A DNA stretch of 32,000 nt, taken from the NCBI GenBank assembly GCA_021498095.1, contig JAIZWK010000001.1, forward strand, positions 510,001-542,000, written 5' to 3'. The notes under the pieces are model-generated. The model had not been told where the DNA came from and did not search any database. It worked only from the letters and a program-made list of their open reading frames with translations. Numbering within the stretch: position 1 is the stretch's first letter; each line of letters begins with the position of its first letter. Position numbers and translations under genes: made by a program. Source of the stretch: Candidatus Harpocratesius repetitus (lineage in GTDB: Archaea; Asgardarchaeota; Lokiarchaeia; Sigyniarchaeales; Promethearchaeaceae). Positions 19,252-29,098 of this stretch are shown here, piece after piece.

Positions 19252-19980
19252 TTATCCTATTTTTCTGATTCTTCTCCCATGATATAACAAGATATCTTCA
19301 AAAAACTTATGTGTGCTTAATACTTCCAATATTTCAATATTTAATTTCTTTAAATGGGATTTTATTGGAGTCTGATCAATATTGCTTGAAGAAATTAACA
19401 TGAAATCCCCTGGACATTTTAGAAAAGGTGAGACTTCCTCTAAAAATGCTAAAGTAACTTCATATCCATTAATTCCACCCTCCCATGCAAAATCAATTAA
19501 TTGGCGGTTTTTCTGATCAATTATTTGAGGTTCACTTGCTAAATATGGTGGATTTGATAGAATAAAATCAAAGGGTGCATAATTATGATGGTTAATTAAT
19601 GGGGAAAAAAACTCACCTTGATAAAATGTAATATATTTTTCTAATCCATTAAGCTCTGCATTAAATTGAGCCGTTTGAACTGCAATTGGATTAATATCTA
19701 CTCCAATTATTTCAGGTAAATATCCTTTTTGAAGTAAACGTGATGCAAGATACAGTGAAAGAACCCCGCTCCCAACTCCCATTTCAAAAATCCTAATATT
19801 TTGAGATTTTTCGAGAGAATAAGGAGATTGATCAATATTTTGAATCCATTTCTTTAAAAATACAATAGATAAATCTGTATCATCAGAAGGAGTATAGACT
19901 TGGTTCGGAACAACTAATTGTAAATTAAAATAATCAAATGCATCATTTTCATCAAGAATAACAGGTTTAAATTTCTCCAT
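19252..19980 (-). CDS. hemK: HemK2/PrmC-like N5-glutamine methyltransferase (release factor)
   Basis: VYTPSDDT, EMGVGSG, GVDINP, ILSNPPY, WEGGING. ATG at 19980 overlaps the ksgA end (alternative start 20004). Conserved archaeal position. Confidence 0.85.
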   Translation of the reverse strand: MEKFKPVILDENDAFDYFNLQLVVPNQVYTPSDDTDLSIVFLKKWIQNIDQSPYSLEKSQNIRIFEMGVGSGVLSLYLASRLLQKGYLPEIIGVDINPIAVQTAQFNAELNGLEKYITFYQGEFFSPLINHHNYAPFDFILSNPPYLASEPQIIDQKNRQLIDFAWEGGINGYEVTLAFLEEVSPFLKCPGDFMLISSSNIDQTPIKSHLKKLNIEILEVLSTHKFFEDILLYHGRRIRKIG

Positions 19981-20941
19981 CAGCAAATTCTCCAGTGATT
20001 CCAAAAATACATAGTTTAAAAAGAGTTTTTGGGGTCAAATTTCTCACTTTTTCATTGGAAAAAACAAAGTGAGAAGGATTTTCAATAAATTTATTAAAAT
20101 ATTGATATTTTGTTTTACAAATTTCATCAGAATGCTTTAACCAGAGCTTTAGAGCATTTCTTATGGATTTATTCTTATGAGGAAAAACACCCCTTAAAAA
20201 AGTCAAATACAACTCTTTATTATCCCAACTTTGAAAATCTCCAACATAAATTGGCGATTTCCTCTTCAAAGTAATAAGTTTTGAAGATACTCTGGGTGGT
20301 GGATAAAAAGAATTAGGATTTACATGATGATTAATATGAACATCTAAGAATAAACCAACGCTGGCTGCAAGACGGGAGTAATTCGAGCTATTTACTGATG
20401 CAGTCAATCTATCTGCAAATTCAGTTTGTACCATTAGATTTACTTGATCAAACTGCCACTCTTCAATTAATTTAAATATAAGTGGAGCTGAAATCTGATA
20501 TGGAATATTAGCAACCACCCGATTTGCATTTGGAAGGGGAATTTTAAGAACATCTCCAAAAATAATGATTACTTTCGCTTCAGATGTAGAAATTTGTGAT
20601 CTAAATGTCTCAATTTTGCAATTTAATTGATCTACATCGTAATAATCACAAGAATAATCGTTTCTATAAGCGGAATATAAAAATTTAGCGATTTTTCGAT
20701 CGTTTTCAATTAAGAATACTTTTTTACTATTTTGAATTAAAAAATCAGAGAGAATTCCAAGACCTGCCCCTATTTCAATTACATAATCTCTGTTGGGATT
20801 TAATTTAGCATATTGAAGAATAAGATGTATAATATTTTTATCAATCAAATAGCACTGTCCGCGATTTTTGTCCAACTTTATTCCCAATTCTTGTTGCATC
20901 GCTTTCAAATCTTGGGGAGTAAAATATGGCAAGAGAAACAC
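19967..20941 (-). CDS. rsmA: 16S rRNA m6,2A dimethyltransferase KsgA/Dim1
   Basis: RGQCYLID, EIGAGLG, VVANIPYQISAP, MVQTEFADRL, YSRL, SFYPPPRVSS. GTG start. Confidence 0.95.
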   Translation of the reverse strand: MFLLPYFTPQDLKAMQQELGIKLDKNRGQCYLIDKNIIHLILQYAKLNPNRDYVIEIGAGLGILSDFLIQNSKKVFLIENDRKIAKFLYSAYRNDYSCDYYDVDQLNCKIETFRSQISTSEAKVIIIFGDVLKIPLPNANRVVANIPYQISAPLIFKLIEEWQFDQVNLMVQTEFADRLTASVNSSNYSRLAASVGLFLDVHINHHVNPNSFYPPPRVSSKLITLKRKSPIYVGDFQSWDNKELYLTFLRGVFPHKNKSIRNALKLWLKHSDEICKTKYQYFNKFIENPSHFVFSNEKVRNLTPKTLFKLCIFGITGEFADGEI

Positions 20942-20989
20942 CTAAATATTTATTAATAAAAAAAAGATAAATAAGAGAGTATTGTAAAA

Positions 20990-21745
20990 TTATCGCCGAC
21001 GACGTGGATCATCAGGGCGATAACGCCTATGATCTTCTTGGCGCCTATATCCAGATTGCTTCTTTTGTCTTTTCGCAAACAAATAATGCTTTTGATCAGG
21101 ATCACTGATTTCTTCAATGATTCTTTTCGCAAATACATCTACTGGTTTGAAACCAGGAATATTTTCATGAATTTCTTTAAAGCTTTGAAATGGATGCTTT
21201 TCGCGATATTTAATAATCTCCCACATTAGTTTTTTTCCAACTCCTGGAAGAACTTCTAATGAGTGTCGTTTCAGAGTAATAGGACCAGCATTATTTATGA
21301 AATGAAGAAACTTTGCCTCATTTTCCTTCACATATGATTCTAAAACAGAAGATAAAGTGTTTATCGATGTAGGTGTAAGATCATCATAATGTAAAACCTT
21401 GTTAACTCGTCCCAGAGGGCTTTCTTCACTCCCCTCATAAATTATCTTTTGCTGAACTTCGAGATTAGGAATTAACTTTTTATTCAAATTAACTTCTAAG
21501 AGACGAAAAGTAGGTATTTCAATCACTTGACAAATGGGATGCCAAGAGTGACCTGCTTTATCCACCCCACCGTGTTGTAAAATATCAAGAAGATATAATT
21601 GTGTCCCCTTTTTGATATATACATTCGGACGGGGATGAGATCGACGACTGATTCGACGAGGGCCCCGAAAACCTGGTTTTCGAGGTGAATTTCTTGAATA
21701 AGAATCCCTTGACTGTTTTGGATATCTTCGCTCTGGACCGCTCAT
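20990..21745 (-). CDS. DUF655 (COG1491) predicted RNA-binding protein with Arg-rich terminal extensions
   Basis: LYLLD, YDDLTPTS..L, FINNAGPITLKRHSLEVLPGVGKKLMWEII..R...PFQSF. Sits between rpoF and ksgA as in other archaea. ATG at 21745 (alternative GTG at 21757). Confidence 0.9.
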   Translation of the reverse strand: MSGPERRYPKQSRDSYSRNSPRKPGFRGPRRISRRSHPRPNVYIKKGTQLYLLDILQHGGVDKAGHSWHPICQVIEIPTFRLLEVNLNKKLIPNLEVQQKIIYEGSEESPLGRVNKVLHYDDLTPTSINTLSSVLESYVKENEAKFLHFINNAGPITLKRHSLEVLPGVGKKLMWEIIKYREKHPFQSFKEIHENIPGFKPVDVFAKRIIEEISDPDQKHYLFAKRQKKQSGYRRQEDHRRYRPDDPRRRR

Positions 21746-22126
21746 TTTTGCATTCACATTTGTTTTTTTTATATATATCTATTATTATGAGATTTAGGGT
21801 ATATTAGTGGTAGAAAAATACCTCAGTTAAAAAAAAAGTAACCAATCTACAAGATTTATGGTATTTGATTTATCCCATGAATAATGTTGAATCAATTCGA
21901 ATGGGAGGACTGGAACTGAAACTGAGGTTCATTATGCATTCACTCGAAGAAATTTAGTTATACCTAATATAGTTCAAAACGAATTAATAAAATTAATGAA
22001 AAACTTATCAACACTGATCACTCTCCATGGAAGAATATGAATAAGCTGATCAGTGATTAGAAAATTTTTTATCGATTTTTACTAATATAATTCCATTATC
22101 GTAAAAATCATTAAATTTCTTTTTGA

Positions 22127-22483
22127 TCAGGCTTGCAATTCTCGAATTTTCTGAATCATGATAACAATATCTTCATCAGATAAATCTCGAAGAACTGGAT
22201 CTTTCTCCAATATCACGCGTACTTCTTGAGGATAATTAGGATCAATATTAACTATTTGAATTGCATGTGAATCATCCATATCATACTCATCTTTTAGCAT
22301 GTTGATAACATTTCGTGCCACGTCTGCAGGCATTTTGCTGAAATTATGACAGTATTCATAAGTTGCTTCAGTGAAAGGATCGACTGGTGTTTCGAGTTTT
22401 TCCATTCGGGCATATACTTTGTCAAGAATTTCTTTCACTTCAGGAATGGATATTTTTTTTTCTTCTAGTATTTTTTTAACCAA
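22127..22483 (-). CDS. rpoF: RNA polymerase subunit F (Rpo4)
   Basis: ISIPEVKEIL, TYEYCHNFSK, AIQIVNIDP...EVRVIL. TTG start with SD AGGTG. Conserved synteny with rpl21e. Confidence 0.9.
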   Translation of the reverse strand: MVKKILEEKKISIPEVKEILDKVYARMEKLETPVDPFTEATYEYCHNFSKMPADVARNVINMLKDEYDMDDSHAIQIVNIDPNYPQEVRVILEKDPVLRDLSDEDIVIMIQKIRELQA

Positions 22484-22743
22484 TGTTTTTTACACCTTTG
22501 TTGAGTAAAGAAGAGTATATAAGAATTGAATTTTTGCAAATTTTTCTTGATTTAGGGAAAATTTTGTTATTTAAATTTGATAGTTGTATGCAGTTTAAGA
22601 ACATTGAAAATGATGATTAATTAATATAATATTAGTGCTTTAAAAAAAAAGGAATATCGCATAACAATGCGTGTGTTTATTTTTTAATTTTCACGAAGGT
22701 AGGACAAGGATTTTGATCGTTGAAATCGTTGAAAATGTTCAAA

Positions 22744-23070
22744 TTATACTTCTGCGGCTTGATTTTTCAATTCCCAATCTTTATTAATTCGAATGTGTTC
22801 GCGACCAATAAACAAAGTCTTTAGTTTATTTTGGTCCTTAACTTTAACTTCAAAACATCGACCTCGCTGACCGATAATAACACCTGTTTTTCCAACAAAT
22901 CTTCGGTGAGGTAAACCTCGTTTTTGAAATGAAGGATCTCCTAAGATATCAACCTTCATACCTGGATAATAATCAATCATAAAACGGGATAATCCGGGTA
23001 ATCCGCGTTTTCGGATATTTTTTCGAAAAATCCGTCTTGTTTTGGCTCTGTATCCATTATGTTTAACCAT
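22744..23070 (-). CDS. rpl21e: 50S ribosomal protein eL21
   Basis: GYRAKTR..FRK, GMKVDI, GLPHRRFVGKTG, REHIR. ATG at 23070. Confidence 0.95.
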   Translation of the reverse strand: MVKHNGYRAKTRRIFRKNIRKRGLPGLSRFMIDYYPGMKVDILGDPSFQKRGLPHRRFVGKTGVIIGQRGRCFEVKVKDQNKLKTLFIGREHIRINKDWELKNQAAEV

Positions 23071-23268
23071 AGTACTCAACTTAATTTAATCGTAATAAGG
23101 AGAAAAATCCGACATTTAAAAAAAAATTTTCGATTTGAGGCAAATTCATCACTAATAGTATTAACCAACTATATTAGAACACTTAAGAGCGAAGAATTCT
23201 GAATAATTTCAAAGTTGTTAAAGAAGGCTTTTTAAATAATGTTGATTTTCGAAGATAAGTGAAATACC

Positions 23269-24414
23269 ATGCGCTCGATTACTAATGAAAAATTCGAAAA
23301 ATTATTGAAATTCATGCAAGATGAGAAAATAGATGTTTTAATGATTGCAGATAATGAAAGCTCAAAAAATGTTAACTTACAATATCTCAGTGGTCATCCT
23401 ATGGATGCATTATTTATTGTAACTAGCTCAGGTGAAAACGCTTTGATTCCTTGGGATGTTCCTTTAGCTCAAAAAGAAGCACAAGTTGATGAAATTATCG
23501 ATCCGATTAATTACAAATATAATTATATTCAAGCAGTAAAGGAATATTTAGAGAAGCATCTTAATAAATCAAAAGTTGTGATGGCTGTTACTGATAATTT
23601 TCCTTATTCAGGTGTAATAAGATATGAAGAAAGCATTCCAAATATATCATTTTACCGAGAAATTCCCAAAATTTCCCAATTTATCAGTGATTTACGTTCA
23701 ACAAAATCACATAAAGAAATTGAGATTTTACGTAAAGCAGCCCAAATTGGAACGGAAACAATCCAAGATATCAAACATTTCTTGAAAAATGCCGTGGATG
23801 AATCAGAAAATGATCTAGCTTTTTATGTTCATAAAAAAATGGCAGATAAAGGAGCAGAAGATTTAGCTTTTCCTACATTAGTTGGGAATGCAAATCGAGC
23901 ACATATGATACACTGCCACCCTTGGGCATCAAGTCAAAAATTAGCTGTTCCAGGTTTAGGTTTAATTGATTTTGGAGCAAAATATAAGGGTTATCACTCT
24001 GATATTACAGTTCCATTTAGCTTTGGAGAACTAAACGAAACTCAGCAAAAAATGCACGAATTAACATTTAAAGCCTATCAAGCTGCCATTGACATGTTAG
24101 AAATAGGAGTTCCCTTATGGAAAGTAAATCAAGCTGCCATTGATGTAATTAAAGCAGGTGGGTTTGATATGCCTCACTCATTAGGTCACGGTTTGGGATT
24201 AACAGTCCATGATTCACCTTTTATAAGTCGAAAACCAAGCAGTGAATATGCATTGAAGTATTGGAAAGAGGTGAAGTTGGAAGAAGGAATGGTATTTACT
24301 ATCGAACCTGGAATTTATAAGGAGGGATTCGGAGGACAACGCTTGGAGAACGATGTGGCAATCGTGAATGGAAAGGTAGAAATTCTAACAAAAAGTGAAT
24401 TCATCCAAATCTAA
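23269..24414 (+). CDS. Xaa-Pro aminopeptidase/prolidase, M24B family
   Basis: Creatinase-like N domain. Metal ligands in LIDFGAKYKGYHSDIT, HSLGHGLGL.VHD, TIEPGIY and RLEND. Confidence 0.93.
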   Translation: MRSITNEKFEKLLKFMQDEKIDVLMIADNESSKNVNLQYLSGHPMDALFIVTSSGENALIPWDVPLAQKEAQVDEIIDPINYKYNYIQAVKEYLEKHLNKSKVVMAVTDNFPYSGVIRYEESIPNISFYREIPKISQFISDLRSTKSHKEIEILRKAAQIGTETIQDIKHFLKNAVDESENDLAFYVHKKMADKGAEDLAFPTLVGNANRAHMIHCHPWASSQKLAVPGLGLIDFGAKYKGYHSDITVPFSFGELNETQQKMHELTFKAYQAAIDMLEIGVPLWKVNQAAIDVIKAGGFDMPHSLGHGLGLTVHDSPFISRKPSSEYALKYWKEVKLEEGMVFTIEPGIYKEGFGGQRLENDVAIVNGKVEILTKSEFIQI

Positions 24415-24647
24415 TACTTCTATCACATTCATCCTTGCAATGTAGTCGATATCACCATAATTAAAATGTTATTTTTTTTTGATTTTCAATTTCAAGAAGT
24501 TTTGGAAGTTTTAACACCCTTAAGCGAAATTTATAAATTACCTTGAATTTTAAATTTTAACTCGCACTTGATCAAATAATTATCTAAGCAAACCCAACGT
24601 TAAGTTGTGAGAAAAATTTTACATGAATTTACTAAGTGATTGAATAT

Positions 24648-25694
24648 ATGACTGAAAAAAAAGAAAATTCTTTACAAAATTCTGAAATTAAAATACTAAA
24701 AACATCCAATTCTGCGATTTCTCAAAGTTCTTCACCCTTAAAATCATCATCTTTGATTTCTCCTTCTTCTTCCACCTCATTATCATCTGTTAGTTCGAAA
24801 ATATTAAAAATGCTTCTAAAATACAACCCTTTTGATCCAATTTGCGATTGGTCTCGGAAAGTAATGCAAGATTTAGGAATATTGGATATTTACGACGAAT
24901 TTATTTACTGGAATGTTGGAAGAGCTAATTTTATTCAATTTTTCCGAACATTTTGGGGTTATGATATTCGAGGTAAAGAGAATTTTCCAGAACATGGGGG
25001 CGCTTTGGTTATAGCCAATCACCAATCAGAATTTGATCCATTTTTAGTAGGATCTGCAGTGCATCGTAAAGTTCAGTGGTTATCAAAAGCAGAAAATTTT
25101 GAAATCCCTATTTTTCGTTCAATTATCAAACCATTTGGTACTATTCCCTTAAGAAGAGGACAAAGTGATGAAAAAGCTTTAGCAAAAGTTCGCTCTGTAT
25201 TAGAAGGAGGAGGATGTGTGGGTATGTTTCCAGAAGGAACCCGTTCTCCTGATGGAAAATTAGGGCCTTTTCATAAGGGTGCAGCACGATTATGTTTAGA
25301 AACAGGTGTACCTTATGTTCCTTGTGCAATTTTCGGAGCATATCGAGTTTTTCCAAAGCATGTGAATGTAACCGGTATACGCTGGAATAAGGGTTATAAG
25401 ATATCAGTTGTAATTGGAAACCCAGTTTATATTGACCCCTCTTTAGAATCGAATTTTGAAAATGCTGAAATGGTGAAAGATGCAATGCGCCATGATATTA
25501 TCTTATTAAAAGCAGGATTGATGAATAAATCCAGAGTATTGAGAACAAGAAAAGATATTGCACCAGTTGAACAGATTCCAGATCTTAATTCATTAGTTCG
25601 TGAAGAAATACAAATGGATCGAATAGGTAACTCGATTTCTGAAAAAGAACGGATGCAATTAGAAGCAAATTCAGACAATTTAAGCATTTCCTAA
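24648..25694 (+). CDS. plsC: 1-acyl-sn-glycerol-3-phosphate acyltransferase (PlsC family) with a Ser-rich N-terminus
   Basis: Intact catalytic NHQSEFD (HX4D; His at 25020-25022), SKAENF, FGTIPLRRG, MFPEGTRS, FHKGAARL, VPCAIFG. ATG at 24648 (alternative GTG at 24636). Confidence 0.9.
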   Translation: MTEKKENSLQNSEIKILKTSNSAISQSSSPLKSSSLISPSSSTSLSSVSSKILKMLLKYNPFDPICDWSRKVMQDLGILDIYDEFIYWNVGRANFIQFFRTFWGYDIRGKENFPEHGGALVIANHQSEFDPFLVGSAVHRKVQWLSKAENFEIPIFRSIIKPFGTIPLRRGQSDEKALAKVRSVLEGGGCVGMFPEGTRSPDGKLGPFHKGAARLCLETGVPYVPCAIFGAYRVFPKHVNVTGIRWNKGYKISVVIGNPVYIDPSLESNFENAEMVKDAMRHDIILLKAGLMNKSRVLRTRKDIAPVEQIPDLNSLVREEIQMDRIGNSISEKERMQLEANSDNLSIS

Positions 25695-25880
25695 AAAATA
25701 ATTGGGTTGCGCTTTATAATCAAAAGTTTTTTGTTGTTTTCTATTTTATTTAATTTAATTCAAGAATTGTGATAATTGTAATATTCAAAGAAAATGTAAA
25801 CTTTCATCTGGATCACAGTTAATCTTAGAAAATTAGCATGAAAATAATAGAAAAATTGTTTTAGTTTCATCTGGAGGAGA

Positions 25881-26690
25881 TTGACGATTACTGAAAATTC
25901 TGAAAAAAATTTTATTTCAAAATTCATAATTGAGCCGATTAATAACAGTATTTATGGATTGCGCCAAGTTACTAAAAAAATAGGCTATTTAGAAGCAATT
26001 GATGGCCTATTTCTTCGAGTGATAGAAGAACCACTAATGTTGAAGCTCCTCACCAGCAATTATCAGTTTGAAATCTCAGGAACTGAAAATCTAAAACAAC
26101 ACATGGAAAATGGTTGCTTATTGATTTCAAATTTTCAATCGGCAATAGATCCACTTATTTCTGGAGTATCTGTAATGCATATTACAAAAAAAATTCCCAA
26201 TCATGTGTTACCATTGAAATTGGGAGTAGATTCTCCAATAATGAATTTAGTTAGAATGAACCAAACTATATTTTCACGCACAACTGGTTTAGAAGAGGAA
26301 ACAATAGAAGAATGTCTTGCAGCATTAGAACAAAGGAAAATAATTTTTTTCTATCCTGAAATGCAGCCAAATTTAGGAAATGGTGCTTTTTTACCATTTA
26401 ATCCAGGATATATTCAAGTTGCATTTGAAAGTAAACGTCCAATAATTCCAGTGGCCATTTTTGGAACAGATCGAGTATTCGGGCCAAAAATGAAAATTCC
26501 AGCCATGAAGGGAAACATTAAAATTCGGTTTGGTAAGCCATTATTTTATGAAAACTTATTTAAAGATGTGATCTCCTTAGATTTTCGCATATTGGAAAAA
26601 GTTAACAAAAAGATTCAACGAAAAGTGAAAAATCTTTGGTCAGATATTTGGGCGGAAGAAGAAGATAAAAAGAAGAAAGATAATTCTTAA
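25881..26690 (+). CDS. PlsC-fold paralog with a degenerate active site (probable pseudo-enzyme)
   Basis: SNFQSAID replaces NHxSxxD, and FYPEMQP replaces FPEGTR. The fold motifs FNPGYIQVA..SKRPIIPVAIFGT and IRFGKPL are retained. TTG start with SD GGAGGAGA. Confidence 0.8.
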   Translation: MTITENSEKNFISKFIIEPINNSIYGLRQVTKKIGYLEAIDGLFLRVIEEPLMLKLLTSNYQFEISGTENLKQHMENGCLLISNFQSAIDPLISGVSVMHITKKIPNHVLPLKLGVDSPIMNLVRMNQTIFSRTTGLEEETIEECLAALEQRKIIFFYPEMQPNLGNGAFLPFNPGYIQVAFESKRPIIPVAIFGTDRVFGPKMKIPAMKGNIKIRFGKPLFYENLFKDVISLDFRILEKVNKKIQRKVKNLWSDIWAEEEDKKKKDNS

Positions 26691-26726
26691 TAATACTAAT
26701 CAGAACAAGAGCTTAAAAGAAGAAAA

Positions 26727-27785
26727 ATGAACGAATCGAATATTCCCCCCCGAAAAATAAAAGTAGGAATCCCTCGGGCACTTTATTTTTATCGATATGG
26801 CCCACTGTGGGTATATCTATTACGTCAATTTCAATGTGATGTAGTCATTTCTGCACCAACTTCGGCAAAAATTGTAGAAGATGGGGCAAAACAAGCTATT
26901 TCAGAATTATGTGTTCCTATGAAACTTTACTTCGGACATGTTCAAGCCCTTTTAGATGAATATCCGGATTTAGACTATGTTTTTATTCCTCGATATGTTT
27001 CTATCCATAAAAACCAGTATTACTGTCCAAAATTCCTTACTTTACCCGAAACCATTAAATACGGTATGAAATTATCGGTTCCAATCTTGACCTTAGAAGT
27101 TAATGCAAAAAAACATTATGGGATCGAAGGAGCAATCGAAATGGGTAAAACTCTTGGATTTTCTCTTGAAGATTCTGGAAAAGCTTGGATGGTTGCTTTG
27201 AAAAAGTATAATCAGCTGAAATCCAAAATGAATTCTTCAAACTACATTGATATTTTAGCAAGTCTTGACAAAAATCCGAATCATGTAATAAAGAAAAGAA
27301 AATTTCGCGAAGTTATTCCAAAAAAAATTCGAGGAAAATTTCCGTTATCCATCCTCATTTTGGGACATCCTTACAACGTGTACGAATCATATATAAATAT
27401 GCATCTAATCGAGCGATTGAAGACATTAGATTGCCATATTCTTACTATTGAAGATACTCACTCAGATCAATTCAAAAAACCGGTGAAAATTAATAAAATA
27501 TATGAGCAATACTGGCAGAGTGAAGATGAAATTTTGAAAACTGCCCGATATTATTTGAATGAGGGAAAGAAAGAAATAGATGGAGTTATTTTTCTTATTT
27601 CATTTGCTTGTGGACCAGATAGTTTAATCGAAGAATTGGTTATGCGGGATATGAAAACACGTAAAATTCCATTTTTAACATTGATACTTGATGAGCATTC
27701 TGGGGAATCAGGGATGGTTACCAGAATAGAATCATTGGTTGATATGATTCGCCGGAAAAAATATGATTCTATATCATCATCTTAA
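26727..27785 (+). CDS. DUF2229-type 2-hydroxyacyl-CoA dehydratase/reductase-like subunit (similar to the PlsA reductase domain)
   Basis: KVGIPRAL, ELCVPMKLYFGHV, VFIPR, YCPKF, ILGHPYN, SFACGPDS, LDEHSGESG..TRIESL. Confidence 0.88.
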   Translation: MNESNIPPRKIKVGIPRALYFYRYGPLWVYLLRQFQCDVVISAPTSAKIVEDGAKQAISELCVPMKLYFGHVQALLDEYPDLDYVFIPRYVSIHKNQYYCPKFLTLPETIKYGMKLSVPILTLEVNAKKHYGIEGAIEMGKTLGFSLEDSGKAWMVALKKYNQLKSKMNSSNYIDILASLDKNPNHVIKKRKFREVIPKKIRGKFPLSILILGHPYNVYESYINMHLIERLKTLDCHILTIEDTHSDQFKKPVKINKIYEQYWQSEDEILKTARYYLNEGKKEIDGVIFLISFACGPDSLIEELVMRDMKTRKIPFLTLILDEHSGESGMVTRIESLVDMIRRKKYDSISSS

Positions 27786-27790
27786 AAATT

Positions 27791-29098
27791 ATGGGAGATT
27801 CTCAGATAATGACAAAAATTATTAGTTTTCCTTCTATGGGATGGAGTAGAATTGCTTTTCGCGCGTTATTTGAAAAATTACCTGGCGTCACAGTATTTCC
27901 TCCTCCTCCAGTTACCCGTGATATTGTCAAAATGGGAGCCAAAATCTCTCCTGAATTCGTATGTTTTCCCTTTAAAGTTACCCTTGGCGAATTTGTTAAT
28001 ATGATCGAAAATCATGATATTCATACATTTGTAATGTCAATAGATTGCGGGCCTTGCCGTTTGGGTTTTTATGCACCTATCCAAGAGAAAATCTTAAAGG
28101 ATTTGGGTTATGATGTGGAAATCATTCCAATTCAACAAGATGATTTACTAAATTTCAAGTGGACAAAAACTTTACTTCAATTATCAAATGTGACAAACCC
28201 AATTATGAAATACTACGACGTTATCCGTTGTACTCGTCTTGCTTTAGTAAAAATGAGCTATATTGCAGATATTACCCGATTAGAAGGTTTAATCCGATGT
28301 CGAGAAATTCACAAGGGAGATACAACTCGTGTAGTAAAAAATCTAATGGATCAACTTGATAATGAATGGGATCTTCAAGTTCTTCATCATTTTGATAAGG
28401 TAATTCAAACAGCTTTTGCAAAAATTAGAATAAAGCACGACATCGAACCTTTACGGGTGATAGTTACAGGAGAAAATCATATCGTTATGGAACCTTTTAT
28501 CAATATGGATATTGTCCGAAAATTTGGTGAAGAAGGTGTAGAAGTTCATTTGGCAAATAGTTTATATGGTTGGATTTTACATAAACTTCACATAAATGCA
28601 GAACGCAAAAAATTGGAGAAACTATCCAAACCATACATTCCACTGGATATCGGTGGTGAAGCAATATGGGTAGTTGGACATTACATTGAAGGTCAAAACC
28701 AGGGATTTGACGGATTTATTCACTTATATCCATTTACTTGTATGCCTGAAAACACTGCCCGAGGAATACTGGAAGGACAAAGTCCTGATCCTTTTTATCT
28801 ACCTATTCAATTTTATAGTATTGATGAACATACAGGTTATGAAGGTATGCGAACCCGTCTGGAAAGCTTTATTGATTTAATGAACTCAAATCGGCAAGGA
28901 AATCCAAAATTCCAAAATAAATATAGAGAACCATCAGAAATCAAAGCAATTTATGATAAAAAAGTCCCTTTAACAAATCATTCACCATTATTTTCTGAGG
29001 TTCTCACCCCATTTACTAATAACTTGAATATTTTAATATCGGAGCTTTTTAATATGAAAGCTACAAAACAAAATACAAAGGGAGATAGAAATACTTAA
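27791..29098 (+). CDS. Second 2-hydroxyacyl-CoA dehydratase/reductase-like subunit (PlsR-like)
   Basis: FPSMG, FVCFPFKVTLGEF, GPCRLGFY, VTGE, PFINMDI, HLYPFTCMPE, IDEHTGYEG..TRLESF. TAATG coupling to the next gene. Confidence 0.85.
   Translation: MGDSQIMTKIISFPSMGWSRIAFRALFEKLPGVTVFPPPPVTRDIVKMGAKISPEFVCFPFKVTLGEFVNMIENHDIHTFVMSIDCGPCRLGFYAPIQEKILKDLGYDVEIIPIQQDDLLNFKWTKTLLQLSNVTNPIMKYYDVIRCTRLALVKMSYIADITRLEGLIRCREIHKGDTTRVVKNLMDQLDNEWDLQVLHHFDKVIQTAFAKIRIKHDIEPLRVIVTGENHIVMEPFINMDIVRKFGEEGVEVHLANSLYGWILHKLHINAERKKLEKLSKPYIPLDIGGEAIWVVGHYIEGQNQGFDGFIHLYPFTCMPENTARGILEGQSPDPFYLPIQFYSIDEHTGYEGMRTRLESFIDLMNSNRQGNPKFQNKYREPSEIKAIYDKKVPLTNHSPLFSEVLTPFTNNLNILISELFNMKATKQNTKGDRNT

Noticed and set aside
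22012-22055. 9-bp inverted repeat cactgatca/tgatcagtg between rpoF and DUF655
   Set aside because: Short, does not extend, has a 26-nt spacer, and is plausible by chance.
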